DNA from: Hemiscyllium ocellatum
Taxonomy: Eukaryota
Direction: 5' to 3'
NCBI RefSeq assembly: GCF_020745735.1
Contig: NW_026867509.1
Span: 744,001-808,000, forward strand
Length of the DNA: 64,000 bases
The notes beneath the pieces are model-generated. The model searched no databases, was not told the origin of the DNA, and was given only the letters and a program-made list of their open reading frames with translations. How positions within the stretch are numbered: position 1 is the first letter of the stretch; each line of letters starts with the position of its first letter. Position numbers and translations under genes: made by a program. This document shows positions 25,133 to 37,829 of this stretch, piece after piece.

Positions 25133-28100
25133 CAAAAGCTTGCAAGAATAGTGAAGAAAGCCATTGTCCACGGAACTCTGTTGAGGAACTGGGCATAAGT
25201 ATCATCTTTATAAGAGCAAATAACTAGAATAATGCACACTTCTCATCTAACTCAGAACAGCTGTTCTGTTGAAGTTGCTGAAGAAGCTAAGTCTTGGCGT
25301 TTGTTTCTGTAACAAGCCTCTCACACTGACAGTTGCTCACACTGTCGGGAAGGTCACTCCTCCTCAAGCCCTCATCTTCAAGTTGAATCACAGATACGCA
25401 CTACCATCTAGTGGCATATACAACTAATTGCAATGTTAAAAATCTCACATACCTACACTTCACTGGATAATGATAAATGAAAACAAATGTCTTCCAAATC
25501 CGTGTAGAACACTGTAATTAGGTCAGGGTCTGCATTTCAATTTCCTTTACAGCATCCAAAGATTTCAGGCCACTTTATTCCCACATTGTATCCAAACTTT
25601 TTCTTCCACAAGGAATTTTTTAATGATTGATGCAGTCGGATCGAATGTTGCTTTTGTTGAATTTACTGCGAATATCCATTGCAACTGGATTTGTTTAATT
25701 TTGCTGTCTCATTGTAAATGTAACTCCTGTTTGAAAAGCAGATGCACTGCATCGTTTCAAATCGATGGCTGACAGTGAAAGAGAGAGAGAGAGAGGAAAC
25801 CACACAAATAGAATATAAATAAAGAGGCGGGGTGGGGAGTGGTTTGTTACTATTTTAATCGTTGAAGACAACTGTTGAATTACGTTTAGGGAGATATCAG
25901 CAGGCTGGTCAGCTCCTGCTAGAACTTGCTTTTGGTCACTGCATATATTAATGCATTAATACAAGAACTGATTAACTGAACCAGATTGGTCATCTCATAA
26001 AGGATGCGTTGGATGTCACTGAAATCCATTCCTCCATTGTTTCCCTCCACTGTAAACTTCACATAGAAAAACCGCCCGATATAGCTGGCCCAGGGGTGGA
26101 GGAAGCTGACGGGATTGTGCACAGCAAGAGAGTGGTGTTCTTGCGTTTGTCCAATTCAGCATCCTTGCAATTGTCAGCGCGCCAGACCCTCTTCCGGGTA
26201 CTGCTAGCTGCCAGAATGTGTCAAACAGGAGAATAAGCAGTAAAGGGAGAAAGAGGTATAACATATGATTCAGCTGAAAATGTGTTGCTGGTCAAAGCAC
26301 AGCAGGCCAGGCAGCATCTCAGGAATAGGGAATTCGAAGTTTCGAGCATAAGCCCTTCATCAGGAATGAGAGAGAGTAGCCAAGCAGGCTAAGATAAAAG
26401 GTAGGGAGGAGGGGCGATGGAGGTGGGATAGGTGGAAGGAGGTCAAGGTGAGGGTGATAGGCCGGAGTGGGGTGGGGGCGGAGAGGTCAGGAAGGAGATT
26501 GCAGGTTAGGAGGGCGGTGCTGAGTTGAGAGAACCGACTAAGACAAGGTGGGGGGAGGGGAAATGAGGAAACTGGAGAAATCTGAATTCATACCTTGTGG
26601 TTGGAGGGTTCCCAGGCGGAAGATGAGGCGCTCCTCTTCCAGCCGTCGTGTAGTTGTGTTCTGCCGGTGGAGGAGTCCAAGGACCTGCATGTCCTCGGTG
26701 GAGTGGGAGGGAGAGTTAAAGTGTTGGGCCACGGGGTGGTTGGGTTGGTTGGTCCGGGCGGCCCAGAGGTGTTCTCTGAAGCGTTCCGCAAGTAATCGGC
26801 CTGTCTCCCCAATATAGAGGAGGCCACATCGGGTGCAGCGGATGCAGTAGATGATTTGTGTGGAGGTACAGGTGAACTTGTGGCGGATATGGAAGGATCC
26901 CTTGGGGCCTTGGAGGGAAGTGAGTGTGGAAGTGTGGGCGCAAGTTTTACATTTCCTGCGGTCGTAGGGGAAAGTGCCGGGGGTGGAGGTTGGGTTGGTG
27001 GGGGGTGTGGATCTGACGAGGGAGTCACGAAGGGAGTGGTCCTTGCGCAACACTGATAGGGGAGGGGAGGGAAATATATCCTTGGTGGTGGGGTCCGTTT
27101 GGAGGTGGCGGAAATGACGGCGGATGATACGTTGTATGCGGAGTTTGGTGGGGTGGTAGGTGAGAGCCAGTGGGGTTCTGTCTTGGTGGCGGTTGGAGGA
27201 GCGGGGCTCAAGGGCGGAGGAGCGGGAAGTGGAGGAGATGCGGTGGAGGGCATAGTCGATCACGTTTGGGGGGATTCTGCGGTCCTTGAAGAAGGAGGCC
27301 ATCTGGGCTGTGCGTGGTTGGAACTGGTCCTCCTGGGAGCAGATGCGGCGGAGACGAAGGAATTGGGAATGTGGGATGGAGTTTTTGCAGGGGGCAGGGT
27401 GGGAGGAGGTGTAGTCCAGGTAACTGTGGGAGTCAGTCGTTTTCTCGTAGATGTCTGTGTTGAGTCGGTCGCCCGAGCTAGAGATGGAAAGGTCTAGGAA
27501 GGGGAGGGAGGAGTCTGAGACAGTCCAGGTGAACTTAAGGTCGGGATGGGAGGTGTTAGTAAAGTTGATGAACTGTTCAACTTCCTCGTGGGAGCACGAG
27601 GCAGCGCCGATACAGTCATCGATGTAGCGGAGGAAAATGTGGGGCGTGGTGCCAGTGTAGTTGCGGAAGATGGACTGTTCCACAAATCCTACGAAGAGGC
27701 AGGCATAGCTGGGGCCCATGCGGGTGCCCATGGCAACTCCTATAGTTTGGAGGAAGTGGGAGGATTGAAAAGAGAAGTTATTCAGGGTAGGACCAGTTCA
27801 GTCAGTCGAAGGCGGGTGTCAGTGGAAGGGTACTGGTTGGTGCGGCGGGAAAGGAAGAAGCGGAGGGCTTTGAGTCCTTCGTGATGGGGGATGGAGGTGT
27901 ACAGGGACTGGATGTCCATAGTGAAAATAAGGCGTTGGGGACCGGGGAAGCGAAAATCCTGGAGGAGGTGGAGGGCGTGGGTGGTGTCCCGAACGTAGGT
28001 GGGGAGTTCTTGGACTAAAGGGGACAGGACCGTGTCGAGGTATTGGTAGATGAGTTCGGTGGGGCAGGAGCAGGCTGAGACAATGGGTCGGCCGGGGCAG

Positions 28101-28849
28101 GCAGGTTTGTGGATTTTGGGCAGGAGGTAGAAACGGGCGGTGCGGGGTTGTGGGACTATGAGGTTGGAGGCGGTGGATGGGAGATCCACTGAGGTGATGA
28201 GGTCCTGGATGGTCTGGGAGATGATGGTTTGGTGGTGGGAGGTGGGGTCGTGGTCAAGGGGGCGATAAGAAGAGGCGTCCGCGAGCTGGCGTTTGGCCTC
28301 AGTGGTATAAAGGTCAGTGCGTCAAACTACCACCGCGCCTCCCTTGTCTGCGGGTTTGATGGTGAGGTTGGGATTGGAGCGGAGGGAGTGGAGGGCTGCA
28401 CGTTCTGAGGGTGAGTGCTTGGAGTGGGTGAGAGGGGTGGACAGGTTGAGTCGGTTAATGTCACGGCGGCAGTTGGCTATAAAGAGGTCGAGGGCGGGTA
28501 AGAGGCCAGCACAGGGTGTCCAGGTGGATGGGGTGTGTTGGAGGCGGGAGAAGGGCTCGTCAGAGGGTGGGCGGGAATCTTGTTTGTGAAAGTAGGCACG
28601 GAGGCGAAGGTGGCGGAAGAATTGTTCAATGTCTCGGCGTGTGTTGAACTCATTAATCCAAGGGCGTAGGGGAATGAAGGTGAGGCCCCTGCTGAGGACT
28701 GATCTTACATCCTCAGAGAGGGGGAGATCTGAAGGGATGGTGAAAATCCGGCAAGGCTGGGAGCTAGGACCTGGTGTGGGACTGGAGCTGGGGCTGGGGG
28801 CGGGGTCAGGGGCGGGGACGGAGATCGAAGTAGGGGCGGAATTAGACGT

Positions 28850-29095
28850 GGTGACGTTGCTCGATGTGGGGGCGGAGTCAAGCGTGGGGACGGGGTCATG
28901 CGTCGTGACGACAATAAGCGTGGGGGCTGGGTTACGTGTGGGGGCGGGGTTATGCGTGGTGACGAAGGTTTGTGTGGGGGCGTGGTTACGTGAAGTGACG
29001 AAAGACGGCGTGGGGGCGGGGTTATGCGTGGTGACGAAGTTTGCGTGGGGGCGGGGTTACGTGAAGTGACGAAAGATGGCGTGGGGCGGGGAAAC
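28850..29095. repeat. Degenerate GC-rich tandem repeat within the PLE N-terminal region
   Basis: Several copies of GTGGGGGCGGGGTTA(T/C)G...GTGACGAA. Confidence 0.7.
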
Positions 29096-29436
29096 CTGAG
29101 GATTTGTGCTCCTGCAGGTTACTGATGTCAGTGGGGGCGGAAGTGGCTGCACCGACGGCAACCGGAGGGGCGGAAATGGTTGCAGCGACGGAGGAATGGT
29201 GGTCGTTCCCAGTAGTCGCGTGGGTCGTGGGTCCGTCAGTGATCGTGGAAGCGGTTGTCTGTGCGGTGGTCACCGGGGCAGTTGTTGGGGCTCCGAGGTC
29301 GGTGGGGGCGGAAGTGAGGTCACGGTCGGCGGCGGCCTTTGGTGCCGCGGGCGCTGTGGAGGCCACATGTGTAATGGTGTCCGACAGGCCTATACAAGAT
29401 TCTGGAATAGTTGAGGAGCCACGAGTGTGGGAGTGT

Positions 29437-30260
29437 GAGAACCCCACTGGTTCTCACCTACCACCCCACCAACCAGAATCCCACTGGTTCTCACCTACCA
29501 CCCCACCAACCAGAACCCCACTGGTTCTCACCTACCACCCCACCAACCAGAACCCCACTGGTTCTCACCTACCACCCCACCAACCAGAAACCCACTGGTT
29601 CTCACCTACCACCCCACCAACCAGAACCCCACTGGTTCTCACCTACCACCCCACCAACCAGAAACCCACTGGTTCTCACCTACCAGCCAACCAACCAGAA
29701 CGCCACTGGTTCTCACCTACCACCCCACCAACCAGAAACCCACTGGTTCTCACCTACCACCCCACCAACCTCCGCACAGAACCCCACTGGTTCTCACCTA
29801 CCACCCCACCAACCTCCGCACAGAACCCCACTGGTTCTCACCTACCACCCCACCAACCTCCGCACAGAACCCCACTGGTTCTCACCTACCACCCCACCAA
29901 CCTCCGCACAGAACCCCACTGGTTCTCACCTACCACCCCACCAACCTCCACACAGAACCCCACTGGTTCTCACCTACCACCCCACCAACCTCCGCACAGA
30001 ACCCCACTTGTTCTCACCTACTACCCCACCAACCTCCGCAAAGAACCCCACTGGTTCTCACCTACCACCCCACCAACCTCCGCACAGAACTCCACTGGTT
30101 CTCACCTACCACCCCACCAACCTCCGCACAGAACCCCACTGGTTCTCACCTACCACCCCACCGACCTCCGCACAGAACTCCACTGGTTCTCACCTACCAA
30201 CCCACCAACCTCCGCACAGAACCCCACTGGTTCTCACCTACCACCCCACCAACCTCCGCA
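29437..30260 (+). repeat. Tandem array of PLE-internal sequence: 8 x 37 bp followed by 12 x 44 bp
   Basis: Unit CAGAACCCCACTGGTTCTCACCTACCACCCCACCAAC(CTCCGCA); single-copy counterpart in the minus arm at about 27135-27180. Confidence 0.92.
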
Positions 30261-31042
30261 TACAACGTATCATCCGCCGTCATTTCCGCCACCTCCAAAC
30301 GGACCCCACCAACAAGGATATATTTCCCTCCCCTCCCCTATCAGCGTTCCGCAAGGACCACTCCCTTCGTGACTCGCTCGTCAGATCCACACCCCCCACC
30401 AACCCAACCTCCACCCCCGGCACTTTCCCCTGCAACCGCAGGAAATGTAAAACTTGCGCCCACACCTCCACACTCACTTCCCTCCAAGGCCCCAAGGGAT
30501 CCTTCCATATCCGCCACAAGTTCACCTGTACCTCCACACACGTCATCTACTGCATCCGCTGCACCCGATGTCGCCTCCTCTATATTGGGGAGACAGGCCG
30601 CTTACTTGCGGAACACTTCAGAGAACACCTCTGGGCCGCCCGAACCAACCAACCCAACCACCCCGTGGCCCAACACTTTAACTCTCCCTCCCACTCCACC
30701 GAGGACGTGCAGGTCCTTGGACTCCTTCACCGGCAGAACATAACAACACGACGGCTGGAGGAGGAGCGCCTCATCTTCCGCCTGGGAACCCTCCAACCAC
30801 AAGGTATGAATTCAGATTTCTCCAGTTTCCTCATTTCCCCTCCCTCCACCTTGACTCAGTCGGTTCCCTCAACTCAGCACCGCCCTCCTAACCTGCAATC
30901 TCCTTCCTGACCTCTCCGCCCCCACCCCACTCCGGCCTATTACCCTCACCTTGACCTCCTTCCACCTATCCCACCTCCATCGCCCCTCCCCCAAGTCCCT
31001 CCTCCCTACCTTTTATCTTAGCCTGCTTGGCTACTCTCTCTC

Positions 31043-31078
31043 ATTCCTGATGAAGGGCTTATGCTCGAAACGTCGAAT
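31043..31078 (+). ncRNA. Minimal type I hammerhead ribozyme motif (Neptune tail)
   Basis: AUUC CUGAUGA A GGGC UUAU GCUC GAAACGUC GAAU; 4-bp stem I, GUC cleavage triplet; the inverted copy at 26332-26367 has GAAACUUC. Confidence 0.72.
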
Positions 31079-32834
31079 TCCCTATTCCTGAGATGCTGCC
31101 TGGCCTGCTGTGCTTTGACCAGCAACACATTTTCAGCTGTGATCTCCAGCATCTGCAGACCTCATTTTTTACCATAACATATGATTCAGCCTGTGATAAG
31201 TCTGCCATGCCTCGAGATTTAATAGCTGGACTTTAAGTCACGAAACTAGGGCCTCCCATGTTGGATCTATAAGCTTTGGTAGAAGAAGAAAAAAGGGGCA
31301 TTCTTGATATAGCTCAGTAGACAGACGAGTCCTATGACTAGTGATTTAAATTCCTCAGTGCAGTATCTGACCTTTTGTGTCTGGTAGAAGATGACCACAA
31401 AACGGTCGATGGTAAAGGCAACCGTCAACCAACAGAGCCATACCGGCTGATACAGAGCAATACAGTGCCGATCCTACGGCTGATGGTGGTGGATAATAGG
31501 TTCTACCTAAAATAAGTGTTGCCAGTGTGATTGTATATGACAACTACAATGATAACAAATTAGTCAGTCATGACAATTGAAAGCAGGTCGTAAGTGATGC
31601 CATGAGACGACCGCATCGTGTTTGGTAAAGTATCACTATCATTATCAAATTTCATGTCAGAAAACAGAAAAGTGAAATAACGTTGAGTTCAATTTAACTA
31701 CCAGCTACTTTCACATCTAATCTGTTGCTAAAACTGTCAGATTACTTCCTCAGACACCACCAGAAGTGTTATGATGTAAAGCATCATATAATGAAGCAAA
31801 TAACATTTGTTCATCGTTTATTAGACATGACAAAAGTTATTTCAATTTGTCATTGCCACTACACTGACCAGTCACTCAATCAGTCCATGTAGCTGCTTTT
31901 CCAGCTTACCCTCAATGCAAACGGTTGAAGTCCCATGTCATTTATTGCATCAAGTCGATCCATCAAAGTCTATTCATGCTGACTTTTTTTTTTACCTTGC
32001 ATTCGGATAATATCTTCATGCAATAATCCTATCTCCAAATCTCAAGAACTCACATAGCATCCAATCCCGCAACCCCTGAACATCCAAAACTATCTGAGAT
32101 CTCAGAATAGCTGCATTCTGGTCATGTGAATTCCATTTTATTTATCATTTCACTAGTGTCCAGATCCCAACCTCTGTAATTCTCTCCCTTGGTAGCACCC
32201 TCTCTTTTTCCGTCTTTAGCAACATCTTTAAAACTCAGACATTTTTCAAACTATTGATAACATTTCTCCTTGTGTAACAGTTTACATGAAAACGAGTGCA
32301 CCTCTGAAATAACCATGGAAACTACATTCGAAACTGAAAACTGAGAGTCACTGCTGCAATAACCAGCAATAGCTATAACCACCCAATTTGTAAACTAATG
32401 TAAGTGAGGAAAATTTATCAGAAGAAGACATGTGCCTACAATGGAGAATCTTGGATCCCCATCCACTTCTTTCAACTGTTTCTATTACAAATGCCTAAAA
32501 CCACGTTCACAACTGGGGTTACCCCATCATGAAGTCGCTAATCTGTGATTAGATACTGTGCTCTACACTCGTATAACACATGAAAGCTTTTACTTTGAAG
32601 ATTTATAAAAACATTCCGATCCACAAATAACCAGGGCATCAATTACAGCGGGAATGGTAAAGCATAAGGCAGATACGGGGCCATACGCTGGTCGGTGCAT
32701 TGCCCTTCATGAACTAAAGGAATTGTAGAAATTGCACAGCCCTGCTCTGCGAAACAACGATGTGTTTCCTTATTTATTGCGAGTGAGAGTCTGTAAGGGG
32801 ATAATGAAGTCGTAAAATGCACCTTAGTTCGGGT

Positions 32835-33070
32835 AAGTGCTATGGGAGACGTTAGCTTTCCAATTATTTACTGGAAACTCTTTAGTTCAAGAACTTTAGT
32901 TTGGTCAGTTTTTGCCCAATCTGTGCAGGAGAATCTGTTGACGCGTATGTAAGCAGGTCAACAAGAGGCGAGGCCACTATGTATTTGGTACTGGGTAAAG
33001 AACCAGGCCAGGCATTAGGTTTGGAAGTAGGTGAGCACTTTGGTGATAGTGACCACAATTCGGTTACGTT
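32835..33070 (+). mobile_element. CR1 endonuclease fragment, near-duplicate of 34625-34860
   Basis: Shares the same decay substitutions (gacgttagcttt, tgacgcgtatgtaag, gtcaacaagaggcgaggccactatg). Confidence 0.7.
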
Positions 33071-34529
33071 TACTTTTAGTGCAATAAACAGGTTGACTTT
33101 TGGTATTTTCCTCGCTGTTTACAAAATTGGCAAAGTAATGATTCTGCTTCTCATTTGCTGTAACCACATTTTACAGAACTGACAGTTCAATCGTATCCCT
33201 GATGACTTCTGGACATTACAGTAAATAACTTTATATGCTATTTCACTTTGTAAGATGGTTTAATTCGGACAGGAATGCTGTATAACGTGTTCGTATTTTG
33301 ACAAAGGACAGCGAAGAACGTCTTTGAATTATTGCATTCATTGTGCCAGTTGACAGGATGGTGTGAGAAATATTAAACCATTTGAATTCACATTCATTTT
33401 CCGTAGTGTTGTGAGCACATTTCGATCATTTCACAGCTGGACGTAATTGTCCAAAATGTTGAAAACATTGTTAAAATAGGAAGACTAATGTAACTCTTTA
33501 GGCCGATATTGACATGTCAAGTGGATTTAGAAGCAGACAGGAGAGTGAAGGAGATCTGGTTGCAGGAGAGCTGGTTCCTGCTGACGGTGGTGTACCTGCA
33601 TTAGGCGGATCAGACTTCTCCTTTGTCTCCACAATGAATGTTCGACCTTTTATTTTGGGGAAAAAGTAAATCTGATACAAGACACTTATCGATACAGTGG
33701 CAAAAGTCTGAAGCTTGAACTAACTGGCAGACTGCTTTCAGCAATCATATAAAAATGAGATCGTTCAGTTTCCGTGGTCAAGGTCCTTGACTATTTAGCG
33801 AAAGTTTGGTGGCAAGAGACCATCACAGGAATGCTGTTATTAGTTCACCAGTGTTCATTTCGGCTCAGTATCTATATCAAGAAAACGTTCCCAGACGAGA
33901 ACTATTAAGTGGAGAGTAAATAAAATGTTGTTTCGATTTTCAAATGAATATTCATTGCAAATCTATTGATTAGCTAGATCATTATAAGTCTCACATCTGA
34001 GCCTTTAGAAATTCATGAACTGATTCAAAGCAAACGTACCCCTCAAAGATTTGTTCTTCCTCGACTCCAAAGTCGAGACGAGGAAAAGCAGAAAAGCAGT
34101 AAGATTTCTGGCACACACTCTCCAATCCCCTGCGGCCAGCAAAAAGTGGTGACTGCAGCATCAAACAGCGGCTTGCTGCCCATCCCTGAAACACAAGATC
34201 CTTCAAACCGAGGCAAGACTTCAAATAAAATGCAGCGAGACTAAGTTCTGCACACTGAACTTCCGGGAATCATCGGCACAATCTCTGTGCGAGACTAGTA
34301 AATAAAAGGCGCATCAATTTCCTAAAAGAATTCACAATTAAAATTATTTCATTTTATGGAAAAGCTAACTTTTCTGAATCTGACAATGAGCTAACTGGAT
34401 TCTTGCCAATCAATGATTGTTTCCCATTGTTTGTAATTCAATTTGTGTGGGTCTGTGAGCGAATCTGATTTCTGAATGATGGTAGACAGCAGGACAATGT
34501 TAAATCCAGGGAAAAAAAGGAGAGGTCAT

Positions 34530-36980
34530 GCTGTTGGAAGATTTCTAAAGGCCTCGGAAAAGCTCAGAGATGTAGAAGAAAGGATTGCAAAGATTATTCT
34601 GGATAGGGTCAAAGTAACTGGGTAGGTGTTATGGGGGACGTTAGCTTTCTAACTATTTACAGGAAACACTTTGGTTCACCTTTAGATTGGTCAGTTTTTG
34701 CCCAATCTGAGCAGGAGGATCTACTGACGCGTATGTAAGTAGGTCAACAAGAGGCGAGGCCACTATGCATTTAGTAGTGGGCAAAGAACAAGGCCAGATG
34801 TTAGGTTTGGAAGTAGGTGAGCAATTTGGTGATAGTGACCACAATTTGGTAACGTTTACTTTAGCGATGGACAGGGATAGGTAAATACTGCTGTGCAAGA
34901 GTTATAGCTGGTCAAAAAGCAGTTATGACGTGATTTGGCAAGATTTACGACGAAGAGGACGGGGAAGGAAATGCAGTGGATGGGCACAATTGAAACGTGG
35001 AGATCGTTCATGGAACGGTTACTGTATCAGTATATACCCTGTCAGGCAGAAAGGAAGAGGTCGAGCGAGGGAATCCCATTTTACTGAACACATTGAATCT
35101 CTTGTCAAGGGGAAGAGGAAGTTTATGCAAAGTTGAGAAGTGAAGGCTCAGTAAGGGTGATTGAGAATTACAAGTTAACCAGGAAAGACCGAAAAAGAAA
35201 TCTAAGAAATCCAGGAGGAGACATGAGGAGTCTTTGGCAGGTAGGATCAAGCGAACCGGAAAGCTTTCTATGGGTATTCTATAGGAATAAAAGAATACCA
35301 GAATAAGATTAGGGTCTGTCAAGGACAGAAGTGGGAAGTTGTATTTCGGGTCCTAAGTGATAGGAGCAGCACAAAATTAACATTTAACGTCATTATTCAC
35401 ACAGGAAAAAGACAATGTTGACAAGGAGACTACTGAGATACAGGCTATTGGAAGAGACGGTATTAATCTTCATAAGGAGGTGGTGTTAGCAATGCTGGAA
35501 AGGGTGAAAATGGAGAAGTCCCCTGTGCCAGATGGGACTTATCCTAGAATTCTCTGGAAAGCTACGGAGGAGATTGCAGAGAATTGGCTTTGATCATTAA
35601 GTCAGTATTATTTACAGGAATACTGCCAGAAGACTGGAGGATAGCTAATGTTTCAAGAAGGGAAGAAGAGACAACTCTGGTAGTTATGGACCAGTGAGCC
35701 TTAGTTCGGTTGTGGGTGAAATGTTGTAAAGGATTCCAAGAGATAGATTTATAATCCTCTGGAAAGCAATAATTTGATAAGAGAGCGGCAACGTGATTTT
35801 GTGAGGGGTAGGTGGTGCCTCACAGAACATACTGAGTTCTTTGACAAAGGGACCCAAAAGACGGATGAGAGCAAAGTGTTTGCTGTGATATATATGCATT
35901 TCAGTAAAGCGTTTGATAAAGTTCCCCACGGTAGATTATTGCAGAAAATACGGAGGCATGTGATTGAGGGTGATTGAACGGTTTGGATCAGAAATTGGCT
36001 AGTTCTCAGAAGACAAAGGTTGGTGGTTGATGGGAAATGTTTGTTGTGGAGTTCAAATATTAGTGGTGCACGGAACGGCTCTGATTTGGGACCACTGCTG
36101 TTTGTCAATTTTTAAATTACCTGGATGAGTGCGTTGAAGGATAGATAAGTAAATTTGCAGATGACAACTAAGATGGAGATGTGGACAGTGCGGAAGGGTG
36201 GTGCATGGATCAGAGGGACATCGATAAGGTACAGATCTGGGCTATGCTGCTTAATGGAGCTTAATGCGAAAAAGTATGATGTTTTTAACGTTGGAAGGAA
36301 CAACAGGAATACAGAGTGCTGTCCTGCGCTAATAGTAAGATTCTTGGTAGTGTAGATGAGCTGAGAGAGCACGATATCTATGTGAATAGATCCCTGAACG
36401 TTGCCACATAGGGTAATAGGGTTATTAAGAAGGCATACGGCGTATTAGCTTTTATTTGGAGAGGAATTGAGTTTCGGAGTCAAGAGGTCATGTTGCAACG
36501 CTATACAAATCTGGGGCAGCCACATTTGAAATATTGCATACAGTTCTGTTCGACGCATGGTAAGAAAGACGTAGAAGCATTGGAAATGTGCGTAGGAGAT
36601 TTACCAAGATGTTGCCTGGTATGGAGGGGCGGTCATATGAAAAAAGTCTGAGGGACTTGAAGCTTTTTTCGTTAGAGAAGAAGGTTCTGAGGAGATGCAA
36701 TAGAGACATACTGGGTCATGAGAGGATTCGATACGATGGACAGCGAGAGCCATTTTCCTCAGATGGTGATGGAGAGCATGAGGGGACATAGCTTGAAATT
36801 GACAAATGTCAGAGGTAGGTGTTTTCCTCAGACAATAATAAGGGCGTGGAATGGTCATTCGATATACATATGAATGAGAATGAAATAGTGTAGGTTTGAT
36901 GGGCTTCAGGTTGGTTTCATAGTTCGGTGCAGCATTGAGGGCTGAAGGGTATGTACTACTCTGTAAAGGTCTATTCTCTG
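34530..36980 (+). mobile_element. Degenerate CR1 LINE ORF2 and 3' end
   Basis: IYMHFSKAFDKVPHGRLLQKIR, KFADD-like motif, RRFTKMLPGMEGRSYE...LFSLEK, ctgta...ttcta tail. Confidence 0.88.
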
Positions 36981-37829
36981 TGTTCTAAATGTTAAGGAAA
37001 ATGCATGGCATTGTTTTGGAAGTGGTGTAGATCATAAATGGAATTTCACAATGATATTACTGATGACTCAGTGGGAAGCTTCAGAGCGTTGGAGCTTCCA
37101 GTGAGAACTTCAAACGTGACCCAACATTCTCTGTCCTTTTTTCAGAGAATCATAGATATTTTGTTTCAGGTGCCACCATGGTATCTGGAATCGATGTTTC
37201 AGGAGTGAATTTTCCATTATTCCCCTGGACATTTGGCCCAAACGCTTCCTCTCCAAATTCCTCGGCCATTTGCAATTTTAAATCTCTTTATATGACGTTG
37301 AATGAAAAAAATTATCTATATCGCCTAGTCCGAATGTTATCACTCTTGGGGGCCAGAATCAAACAAACACTTTTCAAAGCCGGATATTTTGACTGTAGAT
37401 CTAGTTCAGAACATTCAGATTTTATCATCAAATCCAGATCCCACGGACATCCAACCAACCTGTCAGTACGGCACGTCTCAGTCAAGTGCTGTGGTCATGG
37501 CTGACGGGATAAGGTGATCGAATCGAAATCGATTTTGTGTTCCTGAAGCGTTTTTCACTCCTGCTAGTTATAATTCCCGTGGTTAAGTTGTGATGGGGAT
37601 GAACTGCCAAAGTCCTCTTCATTCACAGTGCCCATAACTATCAGGTAAGATGCAAAAAAAATAGAGTGCATAGCAGCTCATTTTTTTTTCTTTCACTAGG
37701 TGTAGGCGGCAATCAGGAAATTACAGCCTCTTTGGCAGCATAGGCTAAAATGCTCATTACATTTCAGAAGTGTTTTGGTGTTCATTTAAAAAGGCTTACA
37801 TTTTATGAAATTGCGTTATGGAGTGTGAC

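Larger units (their letters stand above)
26275..31173. mobile_element. Neptune-type PLE, head-to-head inverted pair (long minus arm 26275-~29436, short plus arm ~29437-31173), 17-bp TSD
   Basis: RT motifs (FYLLPKIHK, MDIQSLYT, AMGTRMGPSYA, RYIDD, LPFLD, SIPHSQFLRLRRICS) and GIY-YIG (IYCIRC...YIGETGR...RFREH); frameshifted; ATAACATATGATTCAGC at 26258-26274 and 31174-31190. Confidence 0.93.
25919..31660 (-). pseudogene. GPR139/GPR142-like class A GPCR pseudogene 1, split by a PLE insertion (parts 31660-31174 and 26274-25919)
   Basis: Frameshifted translation gives IMIVIL...CG, LCWLTVAFTIDRFVVIFYQ...RYCTE...VIGLVCLLSYIKNAPFF, FLPLLLILLF, ILAASSTRKR...KRKNTTLLL and VQLISSCINALIYAVTKSKF; resembles shark GPR139-like receptors (from memory, no search run). 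Confidence 0.75.

Noticed and set aside
29437-30260. CRISPR-like appearance of the regular array
   Set aside because: Units are contiguous near-identical repeats without unique spacers; eukaryotic context
29104-30910. Long ORFs of 422 and 499 aa
   Set aside because: Produced by the stop-free tandem array plus PLE sequence; not a host gene
37170-37504. 108-aa ORF after a splice-acceptor-like site
   Set aside because: No Ig, GPCR or transposon motif recognised; no RSS
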